This document shows positions 1 to 7,776 of a stretch of DNA of 64,000 nt, in pieces. A program made the translations under genes and the position numbers. Each line of letters opens with the position of its first letter. Within the stretch, counting starts at the first letter, position 1. This DNA comes from a virus (Duplodnaviria; Caudoviricetes), in IMG/VR virus record IMGVR_UViG_3300020042_012633, positions 1-64,000 of that record; one strand, given 5' to 3'. The notes beneath the pieces were generated by a model. That model was not told where the DNA came from. It searched no databases and was given only the letters and a program-made list of their open reading frames with translations.

Positions 1-2
1 CC

Positions 3-494
3 TTTCCACTTTCTCCATTGCTTACCATAGATTGGACCTAACTCACCCCACTTCTTAGCAAACTTATCATCTAATTTAATTGTATATATAAATTCTTCTT
101 GAGTCAAAAGTCTTATTCCATCCCCTACAACAAGCAGTAGTCTGTCATAAATCATATCATCTAAATCCCCAATGCCAGATTTCAACCACATTTTATCAAC
201 AGTGTCAACATAGTTCTTATAAGCATCACCATTCCAAATATTACATCCATTATCAACCAAATACTTAATGTTTGTATCACCTCGAAGGAACCAAAGAAGT
301 TCTGTTACGATTGTTTTGAATGGCATCTTCTTGGTTGTAAGTAAAGGGAAACCATCTTTCATATTGTGACGTATTTGTCTACCGAATGCTGAGATTGTTC
401 CTGTACCTGTTCTGTCTTTTTTCTCTACTCCGTTGTCAAGAATGTCTTGTAGGAGTGCTTGGTAATCCAGATCTAGTTTACTTATAAGTCCCAT
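3..494 (-). CDS. thyA: Thymidylate synthase, N-terminal part (runs off the window start)
   Basis: Not in ORF track; manual translation from ATG at 494: [53 protein letters not shown]...[21 protein letters not shown]...[12 protein letters not shown], the canonical ThyA motifs. Confidence 0.97.
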   Translation of the reverse strand, partial: MGLISKLDLDYQALLQDILDNGVEKKDRTGTGTISAFGRQIRHNMKDGFPLLTTKKMPFKTIVTELLWFLRGDTNIKYLVDNGCNIWNGDAYKNYVDTVDKMWLKSGIGDLDDMIYDRLLLVVGDGIRLLTQEEFIYTIKLDDKFAKKWGELGPIYGKQWRKWK

Positions 495-518
495 ATACTC
501 TTTCTTTTTCGTTTTATT

Positions 519-653
519 TTATTCAGTAGTAACTGGAGTATTGTTACTATCATTTGTATCTTCTTTCTCATCTGTTTCTGCTATATGTTGATACCACATT
601 GGATTTGGTAGACCACTATAATGATCCCATAATTCATCTTCAATTAATTCCAT
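519..653 (-). CDS. Small acidic hypothetical protein (44 aa, DELWDHYSGLPNP)
   Basis: Manual translation MELIEDELWDHYSGLPNPMWYQHIAETDEK...; fills gap in a co-directional gene run. Confidence 0.6.
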   Translation of the reverse strand: MELIEDELWDHYSGLPNPMWYQHIAETDEKEDTNDSNNTPVTTE

Positions 654-738
654 CTTTTATTTCTGGACAAGTTAATACTCCGTATATTATAAAGATCCAT
701 GATGCAGCTATGAATGCACCTAGTGTATAAAGTCCCAT
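640..738 (-). CDS. Putative 32-aa membrane peptide
   Basis: MGLYTLGAFIAASWIFIIYGVLTCPEIKDGIN; ATG abuts upstream stop; single hydrophobic helix. Confidence 0.35.
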   Translation of the reverse strand: MGLYTLGAFIAASWIFIIYGVLTCPEIKDGIN

Positions 739-739
739 A

Positions 740-1132
740 TTAGTTAATTGGTTCTTGATATTCAAAGGTAAATCCTGCGGAGTGAACTCTAAAAACTCCA
801 TTACCATCAAATAGTTGCATGATTATTTTTTCTTGTTTCTCATTACGAGTTTGAATATATCTGTAAGTTGCTCCATCTTTAGCCTTACCAGGTAATATGT
901 GACCGATTTTGGTGTATCTGTCAGCATGATTAACCAATCCTGTGTTAGTGTAGATAATAATATCTCCTTTTTCATTTCCACTGAATATGACAGTGATGTC
1001 TGTTTGTTGCCAAGGACTTACTAAGCCGTTGACTCTGTCTGTCTTGATTACGTGATCGTAACGCTTTACAAATGTTTGAGCACTTGTTGCTAAGGAAATA
1101 AGTAATGCTGTTGCTAATAATAATTTTTTCAT
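740..1132 (-). CDS. Exported hypothetical protein (130 aa)
   Basis: Signal peptide MKKLLLATALLISLATSA-Q (cleavage before Q, typical of Bacteroidota). Confidence 0.75.
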   Translation of the reverse strand: MKKLLLATALLISLATSAQTFVKRYDHVIKTDRVNGLVSPWQQTDITVIFSGNEKGDIIIYTNTGLVNHADRYTKIGHILPGKAKDGATYRYIQTRNEKQEKIIMQLFDGNGVFRVHSAGFTFEYQEPIN

Positions 1133-1148
1133 TGTGTTTGTTTTTGAT

Positions 1149-1427
1149 TTATAAAATAGTTTTAGGAGAACATCCTAGTAAGATTGTTAGTTCGAAAGCT
1201 TTCTTTCTTGAGGGTTTAATTTTATACTCTTTAATTACTTCTGAGATTATTTGTTTAAATTTTCCATCCTCTAATTCATAGTCTAGGAAAGGAATAATTT
1301 TTCTACCTTGCTCATCTAAAGTTGCATTCTCACATAGTAGATCAAAATCTGCTGAAGGTGTTGCTTGTTTAAACAGTCTTCTGTAGCATTCTAGTAATGC
1401 TAGTTCTTCTTTAGGTGTTGCTGTCAT
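1149..1427 (-). CDS. Hypothetical phage protein
   Basis: ORF track 92 aa; ATGA overlap with upstream gene. Confidence 0.75.
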   Translation of the reverse strand: MTATPKEELALLECYRRLFKQATPSADFDLLCENATLDEQGRKIIPFLDYELEDGKFKQIISEVIKEYKIKPSRKKAFELTILLGCSPKTIL

Positions 1428-1750
1428 AACTTTTCTTTGTCTTGTTTTAGTCTTTTTATAAATGATTCTTCTCCATCATCTCCTGATAGTAACCAATCCA
1501 TTCTTTGCATATAGATTTGAGCTAACTTAATTATCTCAGCTCCTTTTTTAAACTCTTCGATTACTTCTTCAGGATATTCAGTATGGTAGTTATCTTCTGG
1601 ATATTTTTCATACCAATCAGGGCCTCTCCAAGTTTCCTCTTTCAATTCTTCTTTAGTCTTTTCTTTACCATTTTTCTCTACAAGTTTTTCTATATCCTCA
1701 GATACATCTGTTAACCTGTACTGTAAGTAGTCCCAATGTCCTCCGCTCAT
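1424..1750 (-). CDS. Hypothetical phage protein (MSGGHWDY N-terminus)
   Basis: 108 aa; preceded by AAAATAAAAGTT-ATG and a promoter-like TATATTTA box at 1773-1780. Confidence 0.8.
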   Translation of the reverse strand: MSGGHWDYLQYRLTDVSEDIEKLVEKNGKEKTKEELKEETWRGPDWYEKYPEDNYHTEYPEEVIEEFKKGAEIIKLAQIYMQRMDWLLSGDDGEESFIKRLKQDKEKL

Positions 1751-1800
1751 AACTTTTATTTTTATTTATACTTAAATATACGAAACTTATTTTAATAAAC

Positions 1801-2013
1801 CTAATCTTTTACAGTTATTTTATTAATTAATTTTAGAAGTCTGTCCTCTACATCCCCTCTTAATAATCGAGTTAGCTGTTTATCTTTGTATAGATTACCA
1901 TAGTTCTCTATAAGCCTTTCACAAGTATGAATGTGGCTTATATTTTCACAAGAGTCGATCACTTTACAGATCCACTCCCATACATCGTATTTATCTTCAC
2001 TGTATGATCCCAT
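1801..2013 (-). CDS. Hypothetical protein
   Basis: 70 aa, tightly packed operon. Confidence 0.7.
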   Translation of the reverse strand: MGSYSEDKYDVWEWICKVIDSCENISHIHTCERLIENYGNLYKDKQLTRLLRGDVEDRLLKLINKITVKD

Positions 2014-2014
2014 T

Positions 2015-2251
2015 TTATAGACTGCTGAAGGTTAAATATTTTGAAGCCTCTACCATCTGTAGGAATTTTTTTATAGCAGATGATTCTGATATTTTTCTTC
2101 CTGAAGGTGTTGTATGTTCTACTCTGGATTGTTCTTGAGATGCTCCCCAGTAACTAAAGTACTTTTTTGTTTTGGTATCTTGAACCAATACTATTTTGTT
2201 ATCTCCTACTTTGGCTTGTGCTAAAAATCTGCAATCGTTATATTTTTTCAT
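2015..2251 (-). CDS. Hypothetical protein
   Basis: 78 aa, 1-nt spacing to neighbours. Confidence 0.7.
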   Translation of the reverse strand: MKKYNDCRFLAQAKVGDNKIVLVQDTKTKKYFSYWGASQEQSRVEHTTPSGRKISESSAIKKFLQMVEASKYLTFSSL

Positions 2252-2252
2252 C

Positions 2253-2597
2253 TTATAAATTATTTAATACTGTATCCAGCATGTTTGTTTCATTTATAAA
2301 TAACTTATCCTCTAGAGCTTGTCTATTTACTTCAATGTGGGCATGAATGTTTTTTATAACTATATCATATGCTTTAGGATGAAGTGACTTACAAAAAGAG
2401 AACTTTGAGTTTGTTAACTGAACTCCTGTGTTTTGTAGAAGTACGTAGTAGTGTTTTTGCTCATTGATAAGAAAGTACTTATCTGTGAGTGGAGTCATCT
2501 TTAGAGATGTCTTAGGATGTTCCAATAGTTTGGCAACTATGTCAATGAATTGTTGCTCTTGTGGTGTTGGTGTGTACTTGAAAAACTTTTTAAACAT
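2253..2597 (-). CDS. Hypothetical protein
   Basis: 114 aa; AATAAAAGTT-ATG start context. Confidence 0.75.
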   Translation of the reverse strand: MFKKFFKYTPTPQEQQFIDIVAKLLEHPKTSLKMTPLTDKYFLINEQKHYYVLLQNTGVQLTNSKFSFCKSLHPKAYDIVIKNIHAHIEVNRQALEDKLFINETNMLDTVLNNL

Positions 2598-2688
2598 AAC
2601 TTTTATTTTTGAGAATTACCAATAGTGTGAACAAAGACCATGATTAGGCCAACTGTAACAAGTGTCATTAATGCTGCGTACATAACTT

Positions 2689-2919
2689 TTATTTTTTAAT
2701 TACTATTTGTCTTATTCTATCAAATAACTTTTTTAAATCTTGTTCGTCGTTAATTGACCATTTTTCTGTTTTTAATACATAAAAACATCCTTCATTTCTA
2801 TCAATACCTAAATCGGATTCACATTCAATTGTTAAGAATTCAGCTGCATCACTATCTGACATGCAGTTACCTTCTTGTGAGAATTCAAATGTTGCTCTTT
2901 CTAATAATACTTCTTCCAT
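2689..2919 (-). CDS. Hypothetical protein
   Basis: 76 aa, first gene after promoter at 2946-2976. Confidence 0.7.
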   Translation of the reverse strand: MEEVLLERATFEFSQEGNCMSDSDAAEFLTIECESDLGIDRNEGCFYVLKTEKWSINDEQDLKKLFDRIRQIVIKK

Positions 2920-2945
2920 AACCTTTTTTATTTGTTTCTAATACT

Positions 2946-2976
2946 TAAATATACGAAAAAAGACTTACATATGCAA
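2946..2976 (-). promoter_or_regulatory. Bacteroidota sigma70-type promoter overlapping an intrinsic terminator
   Basis: TTG-N20-TATATTTA; spacer forms hairpin GGCTTGC-ATAT-GTAAGTC plus T6. Confidence 0.8.
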
Positions 2977-2993
2977 GCCTTTTATCATTTATT

Positions 2994-3419
2994 TTACTCA
3001 ATAGTTACCATTTTCATTATGGCTGGGTTGAGATATTTTGGTATAAGTTCTTTATAAACTCTACCTCTCTTATCACTTGTAGGATCAATTACTAGCTTTT
3101 GTACATCGTCGCCATACTCACTTACAAATTCCTCAATTATTTTACAAATTGTTTCAACAATGCTATATACTTTTCCTTCTCCTGTCATCTTAAACGTATC
3201 TAGTTTATGATGCATTTGAGGTTTCTCACCAAAAGAAATAGCAAAAGTCTTATCCTCTGGATTGTATTCTCCTGAGTAGAATGTAACTGTGTAGGAACTG
3301 TCTGGTGTTTCAAATACATAATCTACAGCAAGTAGAGAATCATCCATTTCATCAAACGTTGCATCATCTTCGTGGAAAGGAAATAACGACTCTGTTAAGA
3401 GATCTCTTAGTTTTATCAT
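2994..3419 (-). CDS. Hypothetical protein with MIKLRDLLTE leader (candidate head-packaged protein)
   Basis: 141 aa acidic; own TATTTAT motif at 3433-3439. Confidence 0.75.
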   Translation of the reverse strand: MIKLRDLLTESLFPFHEDDATFDEMDDSLLAVDYVFETPDSSYTVTFYSGEYNPEDKTFAISFGEKPQMHHKLDTFKMTGEGKVYSIVETICKIIEEFVSEYGDDVQKLVIDPTSDKRGRVYKELIPKYLNPAIMKMVTIE

Positions 3420-3439
3420 GTTATATTTTATAATAAATA

Positions 3440-4154
3440 TTAGATAAACTCAATTGTATTAGTTTCTTTATCCCAATCAAACGTCATTGGCTTTTGAGTG
3501 TACTCGTAACTCTCATTCAATACTGAAGCATTAAAGAAGTGTGTACCATCTATAAACTCATAACCATATCCTGAATGAATGTGACCACAAACATGAATTT
3601 TAGGTCTTAGTCTCTCAATTCTTTCTGCTAGTAACTCACATCCTAAACCATCCCACTCTCTTCCTTTTACTGTATCTAAAGTACCAAATGCAGGACCATG
3701 AGTAATAAGAATGTCTGTGTTGTCAGGAATTGCTTCCCACTTTCCTGCTAATTCAATTCCATTTTTTGGAAGATTAAATGCCCAAGAATAGAATTCTGGT
3801 TGCCAAGGTGAACCATAAATACGAATGTTATCTTCTGGGAAGTCTCCATTTGGACCATCAAAGTACATTGTTACTTGCTCGTCTTGAAGATAATCGATCA
3901 TTGGATAGTCCTTCAAATATCCTTTTACTACTTCAGGTTCAAGTTCAAACAATCGATCATGATTACCTGCAATGAAGAATTTATCATTGTATCCTTTAGT
4001 GATTGAGAACCAAGTACAGAAATCATGGATATCATTTTTATTGTATCCTGAGTTCATTATGTCTCCTGCAGATAAGAATATCCCCTCCAGGTAAATCTGT
4101 TAGGGGAATTAATCCATGTCTTGTATGTGTGTCTGATAATACTGTTATTCTCAT
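3440..4154 (-). pseudogene. Calcineurin-like metallophosphoesterase, frameshifted near 4070
   Basis: ATG at 4154 gives MRITVLSDTHTRH..GGDILI, then the frame shifts to AGDIMNSG..IAGNHD..LITHGP..HVCGHIH; net 2-nt loss; real lesion or sequence error. Confidence 0.8.
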
Positions 4155-4271
4155 TTTATTCTCCTTGTCCTTTTTTTATTAAATAATACCACAACCAAAT
4201 AAATTTTGATCGTATTAGTTCATATCCTACTAGTACTAATAAGTATTTCATCTTGTATGTTTTTATATAAA

Positions 4272-4302
4272 TAAATATACAAAATTTATTTCGATAAAAC
4301 AA
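4272..4302 (-). promoter_or_regulatory. Bacteroidota sigma70-type promoter
   Basis: TTG-N20-TATATTTA, overlapping the end of the upstream CDS. Confidence 0.65.
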
Positions 4303-4645
4303 ATAATTCGTAGATAGAATTTGTTGTTCTAAATTTAATATAATCCTCTCTTTGTTCTATTAGTTCTATTATGTCCGTTGTCTGCCAAGTAAAGAACTGA
4401 CTGAAGGGAGACATTAAAAGACTTCTTCCTACTGCTACTTCCTTATGTTTTGATTTGAACTTACCGTTCTCATCAAACTCTAACCACATTATGTCCTGAG
4501 ATTGTTTTGTTAGGCTATCTCCTTCTCTTACTAGTTTGTAGTTCATATACTCTGTTCCGAATATTTCTGAGAATCTTTGATCTAAATGTAAATTACCATC
4601 CTCGTCTTGAGTTAATAGTACTTTTGGTTGTGCTCCTGCTATCAT
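4286..4645 (-). CDS. Hypothetical protein (start revised to MIAGAQPK at 4645)
   Basis: ATGA overlap with stop of 4642..4833; ORF-track start at 4693 overlaps another gene. Confidence 0.75.
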   Translation of the reverse strand: MIAGAQPKVLLTQDEDGNLHLDQRFSEIFGTEYMNYKLVREGDSLTKQSQDIMWLEFDENGKFKSKHKEVAVGRSLLMSPFSQFFTWQTTDIIELIEQREDYIKFRTTNSIYELFVLSK

Positions 4646-4833
4646 AATTTTTCTTTTTTGTCTTCTAGTCCATCCATTAATGTAACATCCCAATCTATGT
4701 CATCATCAAAGTTGAGACCATTTCCTCTTCCTTTATAGTCAGGATATTTTTCATGTGTTTTTATTATTGCTGATGCCCAGAAGCATCCTAATACTATTAC
4801 TACTACTGCTATTGTTGTATATACTATCCACAT
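4642..4833 (-). CDS. Small membrane protein
   Basis: N-terminal TM helix, acidic tail, 63 aa. Confidence 0.65.
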   Translation of the reverse strand: MWIVYTTIAVVVIVLGCFWASAIIKTHEKYPDYKGRGNGLNFDDDIDWDVTLMDGLEDKKEKL

Positions 4834-4847
4834 ATCTTATATTTTTA

Positions 4848-5450
4848 TTAGTCCCACCAATTTCTAATGTTTGTTTGTAATACTTTAAATAATAACTTAT
4901 GAGCTCTTTCAACATTCATATGTCCTATGCTCATTGCTATGAAGTGCTTATCATCCTCTCTTCCTTTTATGGGAGCAAATCCTTCACCATTCATAACTCT
5001 TCTATAAATGTTTGGATACTTTTTAAAGTACTGATCGTACTCCTCCCAAATGTTTTCACTCTCCCAAGTTGAATATCCTTCCTTACCCTCACATGGTTCA
5101 AACCAATGTCTGTCTTTTGCATAATCCATATACTCTAGGTCGTAATAGCTGTCCTGGAGTTTTTGCATTAAGTTTATACATAGATTCATTCTTTGGGCAT
5201 CGTACTGGGCTCTTGTGTGTCTGTCGTTGCTTCCAATGTATTTGGATTGAGCTTTTAGTTTGTGTTGTAGCAGTCTAAAGATATAATCATGATCCCAATT
5301 CCTATCTTTCCAGATAATTGGAAACCAATAGATGATATTCTTTATTCCGTGTTTAAGGAACTTGTGGTAATATCTTCCATCAAACTTCCACCATAGAGAT
5401 ATTTTATTCCAAAGGTTTAGTTTTGGTCTGTCTTTAAAAAAATCTTTCAT
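4848..5450 (-). CDS. Hypothetical phage protein (200 aa, WKDRNWDHDY motif)
   Basis: Long ORF, aromatic-rich, ends WWD. Confidence 0.8.
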   Translation of the reverse strand: MKDFFKDRPKLNLWNKISLWWKFDGRYYHKFLKHGIKNIIYWFPIIWKDRNWDHDYIFRLLQHKLKAQSKYIGSNDRHTRAQYDAQRMNLCINLMQKLQDSYYDLEYMDYAKDRHWFEPCEGKEGYSTWESENIWEEYDQYFKKYPNIYRRVMNGEGFAPIKGREDDKHFIAMSIGHMNVERAHKLLFKVLQTNIRNWWD

Positions 5451-5569
5451 TAGTATTCGTCTTTAATATATTTGTAAATCATATAACCTCCTGCTACTAT
5501 TATAATAACTACCCCTAAGGTAGTTGCTGTCATTAGCGTTACTGCTAAAAAATCTAAATATGTTTCCAT
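5450..5569 (-). CDS. Small membrane peptide (39 aa)
   Basis: METYLDFLAVTLMTATTLGVVIIIVAGGYMIYKYIKDEY; stop overlaps next ATG. Confidence 0.55.
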   Translation of the reverse strand: METYLDFLAVTLMTATTLGVVIIIVAGGYMIYKYIKDEY

Positions 5570-5570
5570 C

Positions 5571-5984
5571 TTATTTCTTTTTAAATTGTTCAAACCATTC
5601 TTCCATATATTCTAAGTAAGCACTACCATAAGCATCATCCTCTTCTATTTGAGAATTTCCACCTGCGATAAAAGCCTCTCTCATATCTTCCTCACTATAA
5701 CTTCTTTCTTGTTGCCATTTAGCACCTTCACTAAACATATCTTTCCAATATCCTGCATCTTTTGGTGGATGATAAGGATATTTTTTCCACAATAATTTAT
5801 TACCAGCTTCTTCAGGTCCACAGTCACAAGTTGTAGTATGACCACAATAACATTTTGTTTCTTGATACAATCCTAATTGCTCATCTTGTTCCATCATATC
5901 AATAAGTTTTTGCTTCTGAATTAATTTCTTTACTCCTTCCATTTTTTCTTCATTCCAGATTTGTTGTGGTTGTATTTCTTTCAT
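5571..5984 (-). CDS. Hypothetical protein with CYCGHTTTCDC motif
   Basis: 137 aa; Cys/His cluster suggests a small Zn site. Confidence 0.7.
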   Translation of the reverse strand: MKEIQPQQIWNEEKMEGVKKLIQKQKLIDMMEQDEQLGLYQETKCYCGHTTTCDCGPEEAGNKLLWKKYPYHPPKDAGYWKDMFSEGAKWQQERSYSEEDMREAFIAGGNSQIEEDDAYGSAYLEYMEEWFEQFKKK

Positions 5985-5987
5985 AAC

Positions 5988-6098
5988 CTATCTGTTTCTT
6001 ACATACTTACGTATGTCCTGAACCATCATTACCCCTACCACTAGTAATCCTCCTAAAGCGAAAGATGCTCCTATAATTCCTAAAAATAACTGTGCCAT
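5988..6098 (-). CDS. Small membrane peptide (36 aa)
   Basis: MAQLFLGIIGASFALGGLLVVGVMMVQDIRKYVRNR; follows promoter 6122-6152 and AATAAAAGTT-ATG. Confidence 0.6.
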   Translation of the reverse strand: MAQLFLGIIGASFALGGLLVVGVMMVQDIRKYVRNR

Positions 6099-6121
6099 AA
6101 CTTTTATTTTTTATTTATTCT

Positions 6122-6152
6122 TAAATATACTAAATTTATTTTACTTCTCCAA
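6122..6152 (-). promoter_or_regulatory. Bacteroidota sigma70-type promoter
   Basis: TTG-N20-TATATTTA. Confidence 0.75.
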
Positions 6153-6311
6153 CTTTTTAATGCGAGAAGTTTTTAAACAATACAACATATCATCTCCTAT
6201 GTGTTCATACTGTAGACCGTTGATTTCAACCGTTTTTCCGTGTTTCTTAGCTGTTGTAATTGATTTTAGTACACTCGATACATCTTCACACCAAACTCTC
6301 TTTCTTATCAT
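6141..6311 (-). CDS. Hypothetical protein (56 aa)
   Basis: Manual translation MIRKRVWCEDVSSVLKSITTAKKHGKTVEINGLQY...; fills the operon gap. Confidence 0.55.
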   Translation of the reverse strand: MIRKRVWCEDVSSVLKSITTAKKHGKTVEINGLQYEHIGDDMLYCLKTSRIKKLEK

Positions 6312-6316
6312 AACTT

Positions 6317-6970
6317 TTAGTTTATTCTTGCTTCGTGATGATCCTTTGGTAAGGCTAATTTTTTAATTGGTTGCATTTCCATAATTCCAAGTACTTCGTC
6401 CAGTGAAATTGGATCTAATTCATTTCCATCTACTCCAACATCCATTGCTTTGCCCTCTGCCAATCGTAAGTGGTATGGTAAGTGAACGTGACCATGAAGG
6501 TGAATTACATCTTTATTCATATCGTGCCATGAAGCAATTGGATAGTGCATACAAACAAATGTAAAGCTCTGTGTTGTTGCTTTGTTGATTGGCCTTCTTA
6601 CTTCAAGTCTTAGGTATTGACTTACTGAAGAGAATAGTTTTTGTACTCCCTCTTTGTTTCTTTCAATGTGGTGATCGTGATTACCAAGTACCAAGTGAAT
6701 GTTTTTACAAACAATTCTATCTCTGAATTCTTGTATCTTTTCAAATCCTCCAAATGACCAATCCCCTAAGTGAATTAGGATATCATCTTCACCAACCATG
6801 CAGTTGATGTTGTTCACTAGAATATCGTTCATGTGATCAAGTGAATTAAATTCCCTTGTAAGGTTTGACGATCCAATCCAGTTTGTTGTTGCTGAACAGA
6901 TGTTTGAGTGATTGTAATGTGTGTCTGATGTAAAGAACAGTCTTTGTCCTTTTTGTAATTCTATTCTCAT
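6317..6970 (-). CDS. Calcineurin-like metallophosphoesterase (start revised to 6970)
   Basis: Motifs SDTHYNH, LGDWSFG, GNHD, HGHVH; the longer ORF-track start runs through the promoter. Confidence 0.9.
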   Translation of the reverse strand: MRIELQKGQRLFFTSDTHYNHSNICSATTNWIGSSNLTREFNSLDHMNDILVNNINCMVGEDDILIHLGDWSFGGFEKIQEFRDRIVCKNIHLVLGNHDHHIERNKEGVQKLFSSVSQYLRLEVRRPINKATTQSFTFVCMHYPIASWHDMNKDVIHLHGHVHLPYHLRLAEGKAMDVGVDGNELDPISLDEVLGIMEMQPIKKLALPKDHHEARIN

Positions 6971-6987
6971 AACTTTTATTTTATACT

Positions 6988-7021
6988 TAAATATACAAAA
7001 AAAGACCTGCGTAAGCAAGCC
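6988..7021 (-). promoter_or_regulatory. Promoter fused to intrinsic terminator
   Basis: TTG-N20-TATATTTA; hairpin GGCTTGC-TTAC-GCAGGTC plus T7. Confidence 0.8.
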
Positions 7022-7042
7022 TTTTCGTAATTATTTTAACAG

Positions 7043-7113
7043 TTGGATTACAAGGACTCGAACCTAGAAAGACTGCACCAAAAACAGTTGTGTTACCATT
7101 ACACCATAATCCA
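7043..7113 (-). tRNA. tRNA-Gln (TTG)
   Basis: Acceptor TGGATTA/TAATCCA, anticodon arm ACTGT-TTTTGGT-GCAGT, T loop GTTCGAGTC; no encoded CCA. Confidence 0.92.
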
Positions 7114-7417
7114 TTTACTTGCAGGCGACTAGTACTCCAGTCCTTCTGTCCAATTAAGGAACCCATATCCTATACCTAGGTCCTGCTATATTTTTACACA
7201 TCCTTCAAGATAGGAATAATCAAAGTTGTAGTTATGTGAAGAAACATTTTAAATAGATCGGTTATTTCTTCCTGCCAAATCTTCTTGTATTTTATTATAC
7301 TCAACCAACGGAACACTTCTTGTTGTGTTTAGAATCGTCGCATTATAGGCAAATGCTATAACAAGGCGTGAATAATCAATTTTAATTCTATTTGTTGTCT
7401 TTCTATGTGTAAATTCG

Positions 7418-7489
7418 TAGCCCTGCCGGGAGTCGAACCCGACTTTCCAGGATGAAAACCTGGCGACCTAACCGATAGTCGACAGGGCC
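7418..7489 (-). tRNA. tRNA-Glu (TTC)
   Basis: Acceptor GGCCCTG/CAGGGCT, anticodon arm CCAGG-TTTTCAT-CCTGG, T loop GTTCGACTC. Confidence 0.93.
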
Positions 7490-7638
7490 AATTTGGTAGA
7501 GCTTGACCAGAAAATGGTTCATACCTACTCTACCTGACAGGATTTTTTTTATGGCATCCACCAACCTGTAGGATCATTCGTGAGACTAGCTTCCTCCAAT
7601 GATAGTTATCGTCCTAGTGCTAGATCAGATAACTGCTG

Positions 7639-7706
7639 TGATTAAGACAGGAATCGAACCTGTTATCTCCCTTACGATCGGTGCGGCTCCAATCCGCCAC
7701 TTAATC
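7639..7706 (-). ncRNA. tRNA-like element A (truncated anticodon arm, CGT triplet)
   Basis: Acceptor GATTAAG/CTTAATC, D arm GCGG-ATTGGAG-CCGC, T arm ACAGG-TTCGATT-CCTGT; only 19 nt between D and T arms. Confidence 0.7.
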
Positions 7707-7776
7707 CCTATTTAGTAGGATATCGCTTAACCTACGAAGTTGATCAGACTTCTTTTCTATACGAACGATTTTTTTG

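Noticed and set aside
7250-7410. Open frame of about 53 codons after tRNA-Glu (THRKTTNRIK...GRNNRSI*), considered as a tmRNA tag or small gene
   Set aside because: No ATG/GTG start, no tmRNA tRNA-like domain or Ala-rich tag ending; unsupported.
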